A program made the position numbers and the translations under genes. Of a stretch of 64,000 nt of DNA, positions 55,855 through 64,000 are shown piece by piece. The stretch's first letter is position 1; every line of letters begins with the position of its first letter. The notes beneath the pieces were generated by a model. It was not told the DNA's origin. It did not search any database and worked only from the letters and a program-made list of their open reading frames with translations. This DNA comes from an uncultured Anaerolineae bacterium. GTDB lineage: Bacteria; Chloroflexota; Anaerolineae; Anaerolineales; Villigracilaceae. The stretch covers positions 1 to 64,000 of the forward strand of contig CAIJPN010000114.1 of NCBI GenBank assembly GCA_903822545.1, given 5' to 3'.

Positions 55855-56767
55855 CATTCTTATTGTTGGCACGGGCGCGCTGGCGACGCTGTTCGCAGCG
55901 CGATTGGCGTCCAATGGGGTGGATGTGACTTTACTGGGTACCTGGAAAAACGGCATGGACGCGCTGAAACGCGATGGCGCACGCTTATTGTTGGCCGATG
56001 GCCGCGAATTGGCTTCGCCAGTGCGTGTGGTGGATGACCCGCGCGAGGTTGAAAACGCCAGGATGGCGCTGGTGCTGGTCAAATCGTGGCAAACGGCGCG
56101 CGTGGCAGAACAGCTATCTGTGTGCCTGGCACCCGATGGGCTGGCGGTGACTCTCCAGAACGGGTTGGGCAACCGGGAGATTCTCTCCGCTGCGCTGGGG
56201 CAGGCGCGGGTGGCGTTAGGTGTGACCACTACCGGGGCGACCCTGCTCGGGCCGGGGTTGGCACGCTCAGGCGGGGATGGCTCCATTTCTATCGAAACGC
56301 ACCCATTGATCGGGCTGCTCGAAAACCCATTGCGCGGAGCCGGGTTCCGGGTGGACATCCTGCCTGATGCCCGCACGTTGGTCTGGGGCAAACTGGTCAT
56401 CAATGCCGCCATCAACCCGCTGACCGCGCTGCTGGGTGTGCCCAACGGTGAATTGCTCAAACGCCCCGGCGCGCGTATGTTGATGGGCCGCCTGGCGGGC
56501 GAGGCGACGCGTGTGGCGGTGGCGCATGGTGTGGCGCTGCCGTTCAGTAATCCCATTTCGGCGGCGGAAGATGTGGCCCGGCGCACGGCCAGCAATCGCT
56601 CCTCGATGTTCCAGGATGTGAAACGCGGCGCGCCCACTGAAATCGATGCCATCAGTGGGGCGGTGGTGCGGGCCGGGCAGGAAAAAGGTGTGCGCGCGCC
56701 AATCAATTGGGCTATGTGGCAGCTGGTGCGCACGCTTTACCCTGCGGACGCAAAACAAAGTGGATAA
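55841..56767 (+). CDS. panE: 2-dehydropantoate 2-reductase
   Basis: Rossmann N-terminus ILIVGTGALATLFAARLA; ApbA/PanE C-terminal domain; overlaps the panB stop. Confidence 0.8.
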   Translation: MAMSDILIVGTGALATLFAARLASNGVDVTLLGTWKNGMDALKRDGARLLLADGRELASPVRVVDDPREVENARMALVLVKSWQTARVAEQLSVCLAPDGLAVTLQNGLGNREILSAALGQARVALGVTTTGATLLGPGLARSGGDGSISIETHPLIGLLENPLRGAGFRVDILPDARTLVWGKLVINAAINPLTALLGVPNGELLKRPGARMLMGRLAGEATRVAVAHGVALPFSNPISAAEDVARRTASNRSSMFQDVKRGAPTEIDAISGAVVRAGQEKGVRAPINWAMWQLVRTLYPADAKQSG

Positions 56768-56863
56768 ATTGCAGCAAAATTCGTGTCAAATGGCATGGAG
56801 ACGCCGCCGGGGTTCATGGTAATATCGGCCCTACTATCTTGAAGTTTGTCTGGAGGTTGTTCC

Positions 56864-57781
56864 ATGCGTAAAGCTTTATTTTTGGGGCTGGTAATGCTGC
56901 TGGCGCTGGTTTTTCCCACGCTGGCGCAGGCGCAAGCTACGATAACGTTTGATTCGCTGGCGGTGCAGTTGTGGCCGGAGTTTGACCAGCCCAAGATGCT
57001 GGTGCTGTATGATTTCAGGTTATCGCCCGATGTGACGCTGCCCGCCACGGTGAGTTTGCGCATCCCGGCGGGTGCCGATTTGACGGCGGTGGCGCAGGAT
57101 GTTAATGGCGGCCTGGTGACGGTGGATTCGAAAACTGCCACAGATGGCGATTGGCTGGTGGTGACGCTGGATGTTACAGCGAATTCTACATACCGTATTG
57201 AATATTATATGCCGCTGGACGTGACCGGACGCCAGCGCAGTTATGCTTTTAGCTGGCCTGGTGATTACTCCGTTAAGGCTTTTTCGGTGCTTTTGCAGCA
57301 GCCGGTGGATGCTGCTGAGATGAAAACCACGCCTGAACTGAAGAATACCGGCGTTGGTGATTTTAACCTGGCCTATTTCAGCAGTGGAACGGTGGAGATG
57401 CCTGCCGGGAAAAACTATTTGCTGGAACTTAGCTACAACAAATCATCCGACACCCTGAGTGCTTCATCGGTGAACGTCCAACAGCCGGGCGATACGACCG
57501 GCACACAGCCTGCCAGCGGACAGAATACCGTCAGCACTTACCTGCCCTGGATTTTAGGCGGGTTGGGCCTTGCGCTGATTGTTGGTGGTGGGCTGTGGTA
57601 CTGGCAAACCGGCAAAAGCAGCGAGTCCCCCCGCTCGCGTCGCCGCCATGCTCGTCAGATGGATGACGATGACGAAGAAGATGATGATGGGCAGGTCTAC
57701 TGTCCGCAGTGCGGCAAACGCGCCAAACCCGGCGACCGCTTCTGCCGGGCCTGCGGTTCAAAAATCCGCGCCAGGGGTTAA
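56864..57781 (+). CDS. Secreted/membrane protein with a C-terminal TM and a cytoplasmic zinc-ribbon
   Basis: Signal MRKALFLGLVMLLALVFPTLAQA; TM near the C-terminus (WILGGLGLALIVGGGLWYW); acidic stretch then CPQCGKRAKPGDRFCRACG. RBS GGAGG. Confidence 0.6.
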   Translation: MRKALFLGLVMLLALVFPTLAQAQATITFDSLAVQLWPEFDQPKMLVLYDFRLSPDVTLPATVSLRIPAGADLTAVAQDVNGGLVTVDSKTATDGDWLVVTLDVTANSTYRIEYYMPLDVTGRQRSYAFSWPGDYSVKAFSVLLQQPVDAAEMKTTPELKNTGVGDFNLAYFSSGTVEMPAGKNYLLELSYNKSSDTLSASSVNVQQPGDTTGTQPASGQNTVSTYLPWILGGLGLALIVGGGLWYWQTGKSSESPRSRRRHARQMDDDDEEDDDGQVYCPQCGKRAKPGDRFCRACGSKIRARG

Positions 57782-57802
57782 GCTTTTCAAACGAAAACCC
57801 AA

Positions 57803-57837
57803 AACGAGACACAGGGCCCTGTGTCTCGTTTTTTTAC
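57803..57837 (+). terminator. Intrinsic terminator
   Basis: AACGAGACACAGGG/CCCTGTGTCTCGTT perfect palindrome followed by TTTTTTT. Confidence 0.7.
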
Positions 57838-57961
57838 CAGAGTCGGGGCAATGATTGATCCCAAGCCTGGACACAGGCTTATCCTGGCTGGATTGCTCCG
57901 AAAGTGACATCTCGCATAAAAAAAGGCCATCTTTGCGGCAAGGCCGGTGAGTAGATACCTA

Positions 57962-57970
57962 TGCTATAAT
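57962..57970 (+). promoter_or_regulatory. Candidate extended -10 element (TGcTATAAT) upstream of ftsK
   Basis: TGCTATAAT ~40 nt upstream of the ftsK ATG, downstream of the preceding terminator. Confidence 0.3.
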
Positions 57971-58009
57971 GAAAATGTGTTCTAATTTCTCACCCCAACC
58001 CCAAAAACC

Positions 58010-60400
58010 ATGCCCCTGAAACTGCCCACCGCTTCCAACCCGTTCAAAAAAAGCGAACCTGCGCCGGCGCACAAAAGCAAAAGCGTGATAAAAAAAGATT
58101 CCAAAAGCGCAAAAAGCAAACCGGCTGGCAAGGCCGCCCCGGCAAAAGCAGAGCCCGCCAAACCGGCAGGCCCCAAAGCGACGGCTGCCAAAAAGACCCT
58201 GCCCCAACCCCCAGCCCCCCCTCCGCCCCCCCTCATCCAACTCTCCCCCGAACGCCAGATGGATTTGCTGGGCGTTTTCCTCGCCATGGTGGGCGTTATT
58301 TTGCTCATCACACTTTTCTCACCCGGCGGCAGCTTCCTGACCGATTCCACCGTTAGCGTGCTGGCCTTCTTGCTGGGCTGGGGAGGCTCCATCCTGCCGA
58401 TTGCGCTCATCCTAATTGGCCTGTGGCTCATCGTCCGCAAAGTTGAACGCATCCCGCCCATCTCCATCGAGCGGCTGACCGGCATAGCCCTGGTCTTGCT
58501 CTTCACCCAGGTGGCCTTCCAGCGTTTTGGCGGCGATCCCGAACCAGATACCGGCACAGGTGGCGGCTGGGTCGGCAGCCTGCTCTATCGCGGATTATCC
58601 ATCAACCTGGGCGAGAACGGCGCGCTGGTTGTCATGCTGGCCTGGATGCTCATCGCTACCATCCTGACCTTCGACCTGACCCTGCCCGAACTGCTGCAAA
58701 AACTCAAGCCTTTTTGGATGAGATTGGTTGCCATCTCCAGGCCGATCCTGGCCCGGCTGCGGATGTTCGTCCCGCGCAGGCATGCCGCCAATCCATCGGC
58801 CCTGGAACCTGATACCGCTGCCGATGGTTTCCAGCCGCTGGATCGATCAGCAGCATCTGCCGAACCCGAAACGCCCCCCACAGGCATCCCCGTCACCACA
58901 TTTGCATCCCAAATCGCCTGGAAACTGCCCCAATCTGCCGACATACTCAACCCCGGCACAGCCTCCAGCACCAACGAAGAATTTGTCGAGCAGCGCGCCA
59001 GGCTCATCGAGGAGACCCTGGCCTCCTTCGGTGCGCCTGCCCAGGTGGTGGAAATCAACAGCGGGCCGACCGTCACCCAGTTTGGCGTAGAACCGCTCTT
59101 TGTAGAAAGTCGAAATGGGCGCACACGTGTGCGCGTCAGCAAAATCGTCTCGCTATCTGATGATCTGGCGCTGGCCCTGGCTGCCCCGCGCATCCGCATC
59201 CAGGCTCCGGTGCCAGGACGTAGTTACCTGGGCATCGAAGTGCCCAATGACGAGATGACCCTCGTTTCGCTGCGCGAGATCGTTGATGGAGACGCCTACC
59301 AGCGTAGCAAAAAGTCACTTTCCTTCGCGCTTGGCCGGGATGTTTCCGGTCATCCCATCGGCGCGGACCTGGCCGCCATGCCGCACCTGCTCATTGCAGG
59401 CACAACCGGATCCGGTAAATCTGTATGTGTTAACGCCATCATCACCTGCCTGCTGCTCAACAATACCCCCGATAACCTGCGCCTGGTACTGGTGGACCCA
59501 AAACGGGTGGAATTGACCGGCTATAACGGCATTCCGCACCTGCTCTCGCCGGTAGTGGTGGAAATGGAGCGCGTCATCGGTGCGCTGCAATGGATGACCC
59601 GTGAAATGGATCGCCGCTATCACATGTTCGCCGAAGTCGGCGCACGCAACATCACCGATTACAATGCCCGCCTGAAGACCCAGGGACAGAAAAAACTACC
59701 CTACCTGGTTGTCATCATCGATGAATTGGCCGACCTGATGATGCTGGCCCCCGACGAAACCGAACGCACCATCACCCGCCTGGCACAGCTGGCGCGCGCC
59801 ACCGGTATCCACCTCATCCTGGCAACCCAACGTCCCTCGGTGGATGTTGTTACCGGGCTGATCAAAGCCAATTTCCCAGCGCGTGTGGCTTTTGCGGTGG
59901 CATCCAACACCGACAGCCGCGTCATCCTCGACCAGCCTGGGGCAGAACGCCTGCTCGGGCGTGGTGATATGCTCTACCAGTCACCCGATGCCCCGGCTCC
60001 GGTGCGTTTACAGGGCGTTTTCGTTTCTGATAGTGAAATCCACCGCCTGACCGAGTTCTGGCGTGAACAAAACACCCAGGCTGCACCCATCCCCACCGGC
60101 GGCGCTGTTGATGGGGCCGCGCCCAACCTGCCGCTCAAACAGGCCAGCATGTTCCCCGAGGACATCACCGCGGTTGCCGAGCAGGGCGATTCCCTGATGA
60201 ATGATGCCATTGACCTGGTGCGGCGCGAGGGGCGCGCTTCTGTTTCCATGCTCCAGCGTCGGTTTCGCATCGGCTACACCCGCGCATCCCGCATCGTGGA
60301 TGCGATGGAAGACAAGGGCATCATCGGTGCGCCCGAGGACAACACCGGTGTGCGCAAAATCCTCGATTACGGCCCAACCGCCCCGCCAAAAGAGACTTGA
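58010..60400 (+). CDS. ftsK: DNA translocase FtsK
   Basis: Lys/Ala/Pro-rich N-terminus, 4 TM, Walker A (GTTGSGKS), Walker B region, C-terminal gamma domain (winged helix, ...MLQRRFRIGYTRASRIVDAMEDKGIIG...). Confidence 0.9.
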   Translation: MPLKLPTASNPFKKSEPAPAHKSKSVIKKDSKSAKSKPAGKAAPAKAEPAKPAGPKATAAKKTLPQPPAPPPPPLIQLSPERQMDLLGVFLAMVGVILLITLFSPGGSFLTDSTVSVLAFLLGWGGSILPIALILIGLWLIVRKVERIPPISIERLTGIALVLLFTQVAFQRFGGDPEPDTGTGGGWVGSLLYRGLSINLGENGALVVMLAWMLIATILTFDLTLPELLQKLKPFWMRLVAISRPILARLRMFVPRRHAANPSALEPDTAADGFQPLDRSAASAEPETPPTGIPVTTFASQIAWKLPQSADILNPGTASSTNEEFVEQRARLIEETLASFGAPAQVVEINSGPTVTQFGVEPLFVESRNGRTRVRVSKIVSLSDDLALALAAPRIRIQAPVPGRSYLGIEVPNDEMTLVSLREIVDGDAYQRSKKSLSFALGRDVSGHPIGADLAAMPHLLIAGTTGSGKSVCVNAIITCLLLNNTPDNLRLVLVDPKRVELTGYNGIPHLLSPVVVEMERVIGALQWMTREMDRRYHMFAEVGARNITDYNARLKTQGQKKLPYLVVIIDELADLMMLAPDETERTITRLAQLARATGIHLILATQRPSVDVVTGLIKANFPARVAFAVASNTDSRVILDQPGAERLLGRGDMLYQSPDAPAPVRLQGVFVSDSEIHRLTEFWREQNTQAAPIPTGGAVDGAAPNLPLKQASMFPEDITAVAEQGDSLMNDAIDLVRREGRASVSMLQRRFRIGYTRASRIVDAMEDKGIIGAPEDNTGVRKILDYGPTAPPKET

Positions 60401-60565
60401 TTGCCGAATTTTGGAGTCCGCAAGTTCTACTTGCGGACTTTTTGTTTGCAGAACCCTGCGGCTTTATCAAAATGCAAAAGCGAGCTTTTGCACCCCAAAA
60501 TACACCCCAAATATCCGGTAGAATACATCCACGCATCACACCATTTAACCATTTTCGGAGTCTTA

Positions 60566-61885
60566 ATGAAATTAACCTATTCGACATCCTTTGCGCGGCT
60601 GGCCCTGTTTGTGCTGGTTTCCGTCATCCTGCTGGTTGCCGCCGGGCGGTATGTGGCATCCACCAACAACCCGGTCGCCTGCGCGGGCTGGCCGTTGTGC
60701 ATCCCCAAAGGGGTCACCGGCCTGGTGGAAATCTTCCACCAGTTCAGCGCTGTTTTTACATCTATCCTGATGCTGGTGCTGCTTTTTGAAGCCTGGCGCA
60801 TTCACCGCGACCACCACATCATCCTGCCGCTGACGACGGTCACCGTTACCCTGTTCTTTGCCCAGGCTTACACCGGCGCACTGCTCACCCTGCGCGGATT
60901 TCCCCAACCGCTGCACATCCTGCATATCATCACCGCCACCACCCTGTGGATTTCGCTGGCCGGGCTGGTTGTGGCTGCGGGGCTTTTCTCGCGCACCCCC
61001 GGTGCAGAATTCCCCCCCTTCCACCTTGGCCAGCGCCTGAAAGATTTCTTCATCCTGGTCAAGCCCATCATCGTCGCCTTGCTGCTGGTCACCACCTACG
61101 CTGGCCTGGTGATGGGCGGACGCCAGTTCCCATCCGCCGCGCTGACCTTCTGGACTTTGCTGGGCGGCGCACTCGCCGCGGGCGGGGCCAGCGCCCTCAA
61201 CCAGTATATTGACCGCAATCTTGACCAGTTCATGCAGCGCACAGCCAGCCGTCCGCTGGCCGCTGGCCGCCTGACCCCTGCCGAAGGATTATCTTTCGGG
61301 CTGGCAGCCTGCATCACCGGGGTTTACATCCATGCCGGGTTTGTCAACTTCCTGGCGGCCACGCTCTCGCTAGCCGGAATCTTCTACTACGTGATCCTGT
61401 ACAGCGTTTATCTCAAAAAAGCCACCGTGCAGAATATCGTCATCGGCGGCGGGGCCGGGGCCATCCCGCCCATGGTGGGATGGGCAGCTGCCACAGGTTC
61501 ACTCAACGCCGCCGCCTGGATGTTGTTCGCCATCGTTTTCTTCTGGACACCGCCGCATTTTTGGGCGTTGGCCATCGTCCGCGCCAAAGATTATGCCCGC
61601 GCGGGTGTGCCCATGCTGCCGGTTGTGCGCGGGGAAAAAGAAACCCGCTGGCAGATTTTCATCTACACCATCGGGTTGGTTGCGCTGACACTGGTCATGC
61701 CACTCTTTAGCATGACCGGGACATTTTATTTTGTTTCGGCAGTTTTGCTTGGCCTCGGGCTGATTTATGCTGCCTGGAGAGTCTACCGTGTCGAGGGCAA
61801 CAAAGTCGCCTGGCAAATGTACCGCTACTCCAGCATGTACCTGGCCTTCATCTTCCTGGCCTTGATGATCGATGCTGTTCTCTAA
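60566..61885 (+). CDS. Fusion of a half-size heme A synthase (CtaA N-terminal 4-TM module) with protoheme IX farnesyltransferase (CtaB/CyoE)
   Basis: N-terminal loop VACAGWPLC (cf. CtaA GCPDWPLC) with 4 TM helices. Then UbiA-family CtaB motifs (ALNQYIDRNLD...RTASRPLAAGRL; WTPPHFWALAI). RBS GGAG before ATG at 60566 (the track ORF starts at 60401 without support). Confidence 0.7.
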   Translation: MKLTYSTSFARLALFVLVSVILLVAAGRYVASTNNPVACAGWPLCIPKGVTGLVEIFHQFSAVFTSILMLVLLFEAWRIHRDHHIILPLTTVTVTLFFAQAYTGALLTLRGFPQPLHILHIITATTLWISLAGLVVAAGLFSRTPGAEFPPFHLGQRLKDFFILVKPIIVALLLVTTYAGLVMGGRQFPSAALTFWTLLGGALAAGGASALNQYIDRNLDQFMQRTASRPLAAGRLTPAEGLSFGLAACITGVYIHAGFVNFLAATLSLAGIFYYVILYSVYLKKATVQNIVIGGGAGAIPPMVGWAAATGSLNAAAWMLFAIVFFWTPPHFWALAIVRAKDYARAGVPMLPVVRGEKETRWQIFIYTIGLVALTLVMPLFSMTGTFYFVSAVLLGLGLIYAAWRVYRVEGNKVAWQMYRYSSMYLAFIFLALMIDAVL

Positions 61886-61898
61886 AAAACACCATTCT

Positions 61899-62750
61899 CT
61901 ACATCCCCAAAAGCCCAGATGCCCAGGATTTTTTCATAAATAGCGCATCCTCTTCCATTTTGGGGCTTTCGCACAAGATGCGCCCTCCCGCGTTGAAATC
62001 TTTCAGCGCGCGGAAGAGTTCTTCCAGCTTCAGGTCTGATTCTTCCACCGGGAGATGGTTTTTCTCGCCCTTTGGGCCGTATTCGATGCCCGAAAGGTGG
62101 ATATGCAGCTTTGAGAGCGCTTCCGCCCCGAGGATTTTCCCGTAAGATTCCAGGCGCGGCGCCCACTCATCGTAAGAGTTCATACTGCCGTCGCCAGGCC
62201 GGGCGTGCAGATGGGCAAAATCCAGGCAGGGCAGCACGCCTGGGATGTGGCGCGACATTTCCAGCGTATCTTCCAAAGAACCGAGCATGGCGCTTTTGCC
62301 CATGGTTTCAGGCCGCAGTGTAACCGGGTTCCCAGCGGCGCGCAGTTCATCCAGGCAGCCTTGCAGGCGCGGGATGGCGATCTTGAGCACATCGGCTGCG
62401 GGCTGCTCAAAGTACGATCCGGGGTGGAAGATAATATCGGTCGCCCCGGCCAGGTTGCCATAGTGAGCAGCATCCATCAGGCGCTGGCGGCTTTTGGGCC
62501 ATTCTTCTTCATCGGCATTCAGGTTGATAAAATAGGGCGCATGGACGCTGACAGCCACATCTACATCACTGGCGGCCTGGCGGATGGCGGCGCAGGTTTC
62601 GACAGAAACGCGCACCGATTGCACCCAGCCCAATTCAAGCGCATCCAGGCCGATGGATTGGGCATATTGAATGGCTCCCACCGAGCCGCCGGGCTTTTTG
62701 GGGGTGTTGATGGGGGAACCAACTGTGCCGAAACGGAAAGAGATACCCAT
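61899..62750 (-). CDS. nfo: Endonuclease IV-like (AP endonuclease family 2 / xylose-isomerase-like TIM-barrel) protein
   Basis: MGISFRFGTVGSP...LELGW...HAPYFINL...FHPGSY...; RBS GGAG 7 nt before ATG at 62750. Confidence 0.65.
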   Translation of the reverse strand: MGISFRFGTVGSPINTPKKPGGSVGAIQYAQSIGLDALELGWVQSVRVSVETCAAIRQAASDVDVAVSVHAPYFINLNADEEEWPKSRQRLMDAAHYGNLAGATDIIFHPGSYFEQPAADVLKIAIPRLQGCLDELRAAGNPVTLRPETMGKSAMLGSLEDTLEMSRHIPGVLPCLDFAHLHARPGDGSMNSYDEWAPRLESYGKILGAEALSKLHIHLSGIEYGPKGEKNHLPVEESDLKLEELFRALKDFNAGGRILCESPKMEEDALFMKKSWASGLLGM

Positions 62751-62764
62751 AAAGTGCTCCTGTA

Positions 62765-63148
62765 TTAAAAAAAAGTTGCCAGCACCCATTCCCACAGCGG
62801 CGGGCCGAGGATGAGCAGGCCAACAATGACGGCTGCCCCGGCAGCAATGAGTACCGCCGCTGCCCCGACATCTTTGCCCACTTTGGCAAGTGGGTGGTGG
62901 GCTGGGCTGGCTAAATCCACCACGGCTTCGATGGATGTGTTGAAAAATTCTGCCGACCAGACCATGGCGATGACGATGACCAGGGTGGCCCAGTCATGCG
63001 CAGAGATTTTCAGCCAGAGCGCGGCGATGATAACGGCAGTGGAGATAAAGGCGTGAATCCAGGCATTTTTCTGGGTGCGAAGCACGTACCACCAGCCGCG
63101 AAAGGCATGTCCAAACGAGGCGATGCGCGAGCGGAGAAAATCTTGCAT
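62765..63148 (-). CDS. dgkA: Diacylglycerol kinase (prokaryotic DgkA)
   Basis: 127 aa, 3 TM, motif ...NTSIEAVVDLASP... Confidence 0.85.
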   Translation of the reverse strand: MQDFLRSRIASFGHAFRGWWYVLRTQKNAWIHAFISTAVIIAALWLKISAHDWATLVIVIAMVWSAEFFNTSIEAVVDLASPAHHPLAKVGKDVGAAAVLIAAGAAVIVGLLILGPPLWEWVLATFF

Positions 63149-63154
63149 GGGGGC

Positions 63155-63613
63155 TTATTCTTCGCGGATGGTGATGTTGCCAAGCCCCAACGCTGTCAGG
63201 ATTTCAGCCTGGGCCTGCCACATGCGGGCTTTTTCCTCCGCTTCGGCGTGATCGTGGCCGTTGAGATGCAGGATGCCATGCACGACCAGCAGCTGCATCT
63301 CGGCCTCGAGGGGGTGGCCGATGGCGGCAGCCTGCGCGGCAGCGCGCTCTACTGACAGGATGATGTCGCCCAGGTAACGTGAGCCAGTTTCCGGGTCGGG
63401 TTCGTCGAGGGGGAAGGAAAGTACATCGGTGGGGGCATCAATCCCCAGGTAGTCGCGGTTTAATTCCTGTAGCTGTGCGTCATCTGAAAGAACGATGGTG
63501 AGGTTGGTTTCGGCGGGCAATCGTTGGTGCTGGATGGCCTGCTGGGCGGCGCGGCGGATGGTTTCTTCGGGGACGGGGCATGGGATTTCTTTTTCGTTGT
63601 CGATGAAAATCAT
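63155..63613 (-). CDS. ybeY: rRNA maturation endoribonuclease YbeY
   Basis: Zinc-binding HGILHLNGHDH motif; 152 aa; start overlaps the upstream gene stop (ATGA). Confidence 0.9.
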   Translation of the reverse strand: MIFIDNEKEIPCPVPEETIRRAAQQAIQHQRLPAETNLTIVLSDDAQLQELNRDYLGIDAPTDVLSFPLDEPDPETGSRYLGDIILSVERAAAQAAAIGHPLEAEMQLLVVHGILHLNGHDHAEAEEKARMWQAQAEILTALGLGNITIREE

Positions 63614-64000
63614 TTTTTCTCCACGGGGGCGGTGGGGTAGTTGATGCGTGGGTGGTAAAAGCCCATCAGTGTGGTGACAAAGGCATCGGTGATGATGGTC
63701 AAGTCTTTGAGGGTCAGGCGGGTTTCGGCCAGTTGGCCTTCTTTCTGGCAGAATTCGATGGTTTTTTCGACGATGGCACGCAGTTCGGTATCATCACGTG
63801 GGCGCTGCGAGCGGGCACGGGCTTCAACGCCATCGGCCAGCATGAGCAGGGCGGTTTCGCGTGAGCGTGGGCGCGGGCCAGGATACCTGAATTTGCTGGC
63901 ATCCACTTTGGAGGCATCGCCTCCGGCGGCTTCGATGGCTTTGTTGTACTGGTAACGGGCCAGCAGTGTGCCGTGATGTTCGAGCATGAAGTCGAGGATG
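63610..64000 (-). CDS. HD/HDIG-domain membrane-associated phosphohydrolase (YqfF-like), C-terminal part only; the gene continues beyond the right edge
   Basis: The conserved YqfF-ybeY-dgkA arrangement, and a C-terminal HD-domain tail (...ALLMLADGVEARARS...). The M at 63987 in the track is internal. Confidence 0.6.
   Translation of the reverse strand, partial: ILDFMLEHHGTLLARYQYNKAIEAAGGDASKVDASKFRYPGPRPRSRETALLMLADGVEARARSQRPRDDTELRAIVEKTIEFCQKEGQLAETRLTLKDLTIITDAFVTTLMGFYHPRINYPTAPVEKK

Noticed and set aside
55318-56733. 471-aa minus-strand ORF
   Set aside because: Antisense to panB/panE; Ser/Ala/Arg/Pro-rich.
58050-58260. Lys/Ala/Pro low-complexity stretch that resembles a repeat element
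   Set aside because: It is the typical basic N-terminal tail of FtsK, in-frame, with no nucleotide-level tandem periodicity.
1-64000. Mobile elements, CRISPR arrays, toxin-antitoxin or known defence systems
   Set aside because: No transposase, integrase, recombinase, Cas-like, nuclease/ATPase defence hallmarks or direct-repeat arrays were found on either strand. The only compositional island (43910-47018) lacks mobility genes.

Overview
A 64-kb, high-GC (~60%) bacterial chromosomal segment whose gene content (SpoVS, lamin-tail-domain proteins, a T-box leader on leuS, a CtaA-CtaB fusion) is compatible with a Chloroflexota-like genome, though lineage cannot be fixed from sequence alone. I call about 54 protein genes, one tRNA-Ala(GGC), one T-box leader, and about a dozen intrinsic terminators. 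There is no CRISPR array and no transposase or integrase. The core is housekeeping: glgC, a P-type Ca2+-ATPase, class I fumarase alpha/beta, trxA, leuS, dnaN, recG-coaD, accC-BCCP, panB-panE, ftsK, a ctaA/ctaB fusion, nfo-dgkA-ybeY and an HD-domain protein. Accessory features worth a second look: (1) at the left edge, an ArsR-controlled operon of a triheme cytochrome c and a Tat-exported molybdopterin oxidoreductase, divergent from a 4x-rhodanese lipoprotein, with GTGA-N6-TCAC palindromes in the shared promoter; it looks like a sulfur-compound respiratory module. (2) A 973-aa modular cell-wall hydrolase with no signal peptide, made of a C39-like peptidase, an endolysin-type muramidase and five SH3b domains. 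(3) A 3-kb low-GC island downstream of coaD carrying a secreted pentapeptide-repeat membrane protein, flanked by long perfect hairpins. (4) A soluble SPFH protein paired with a divergent NAD-kinase-like protein (GGDG changed to GIDG), immediately upstream of a class III PHA cluster (maoC/phaJ, phasin-like, phaE, phaC) whose maoC 3' end is duplicated. (5) An operon of a PLDc_N micro-protein, a membrane-anchored protein and a 644-aa membrane protein built of six tandem 2-TM repeats. (6) A T-box leader plus a 42-codon ORF ahead of leuS, and a perfect 10-bp-stem palindrome inserted in-frame inside leuS. Many long antisense ORFs in the supplied track are high-GC artefacts and were rejected.
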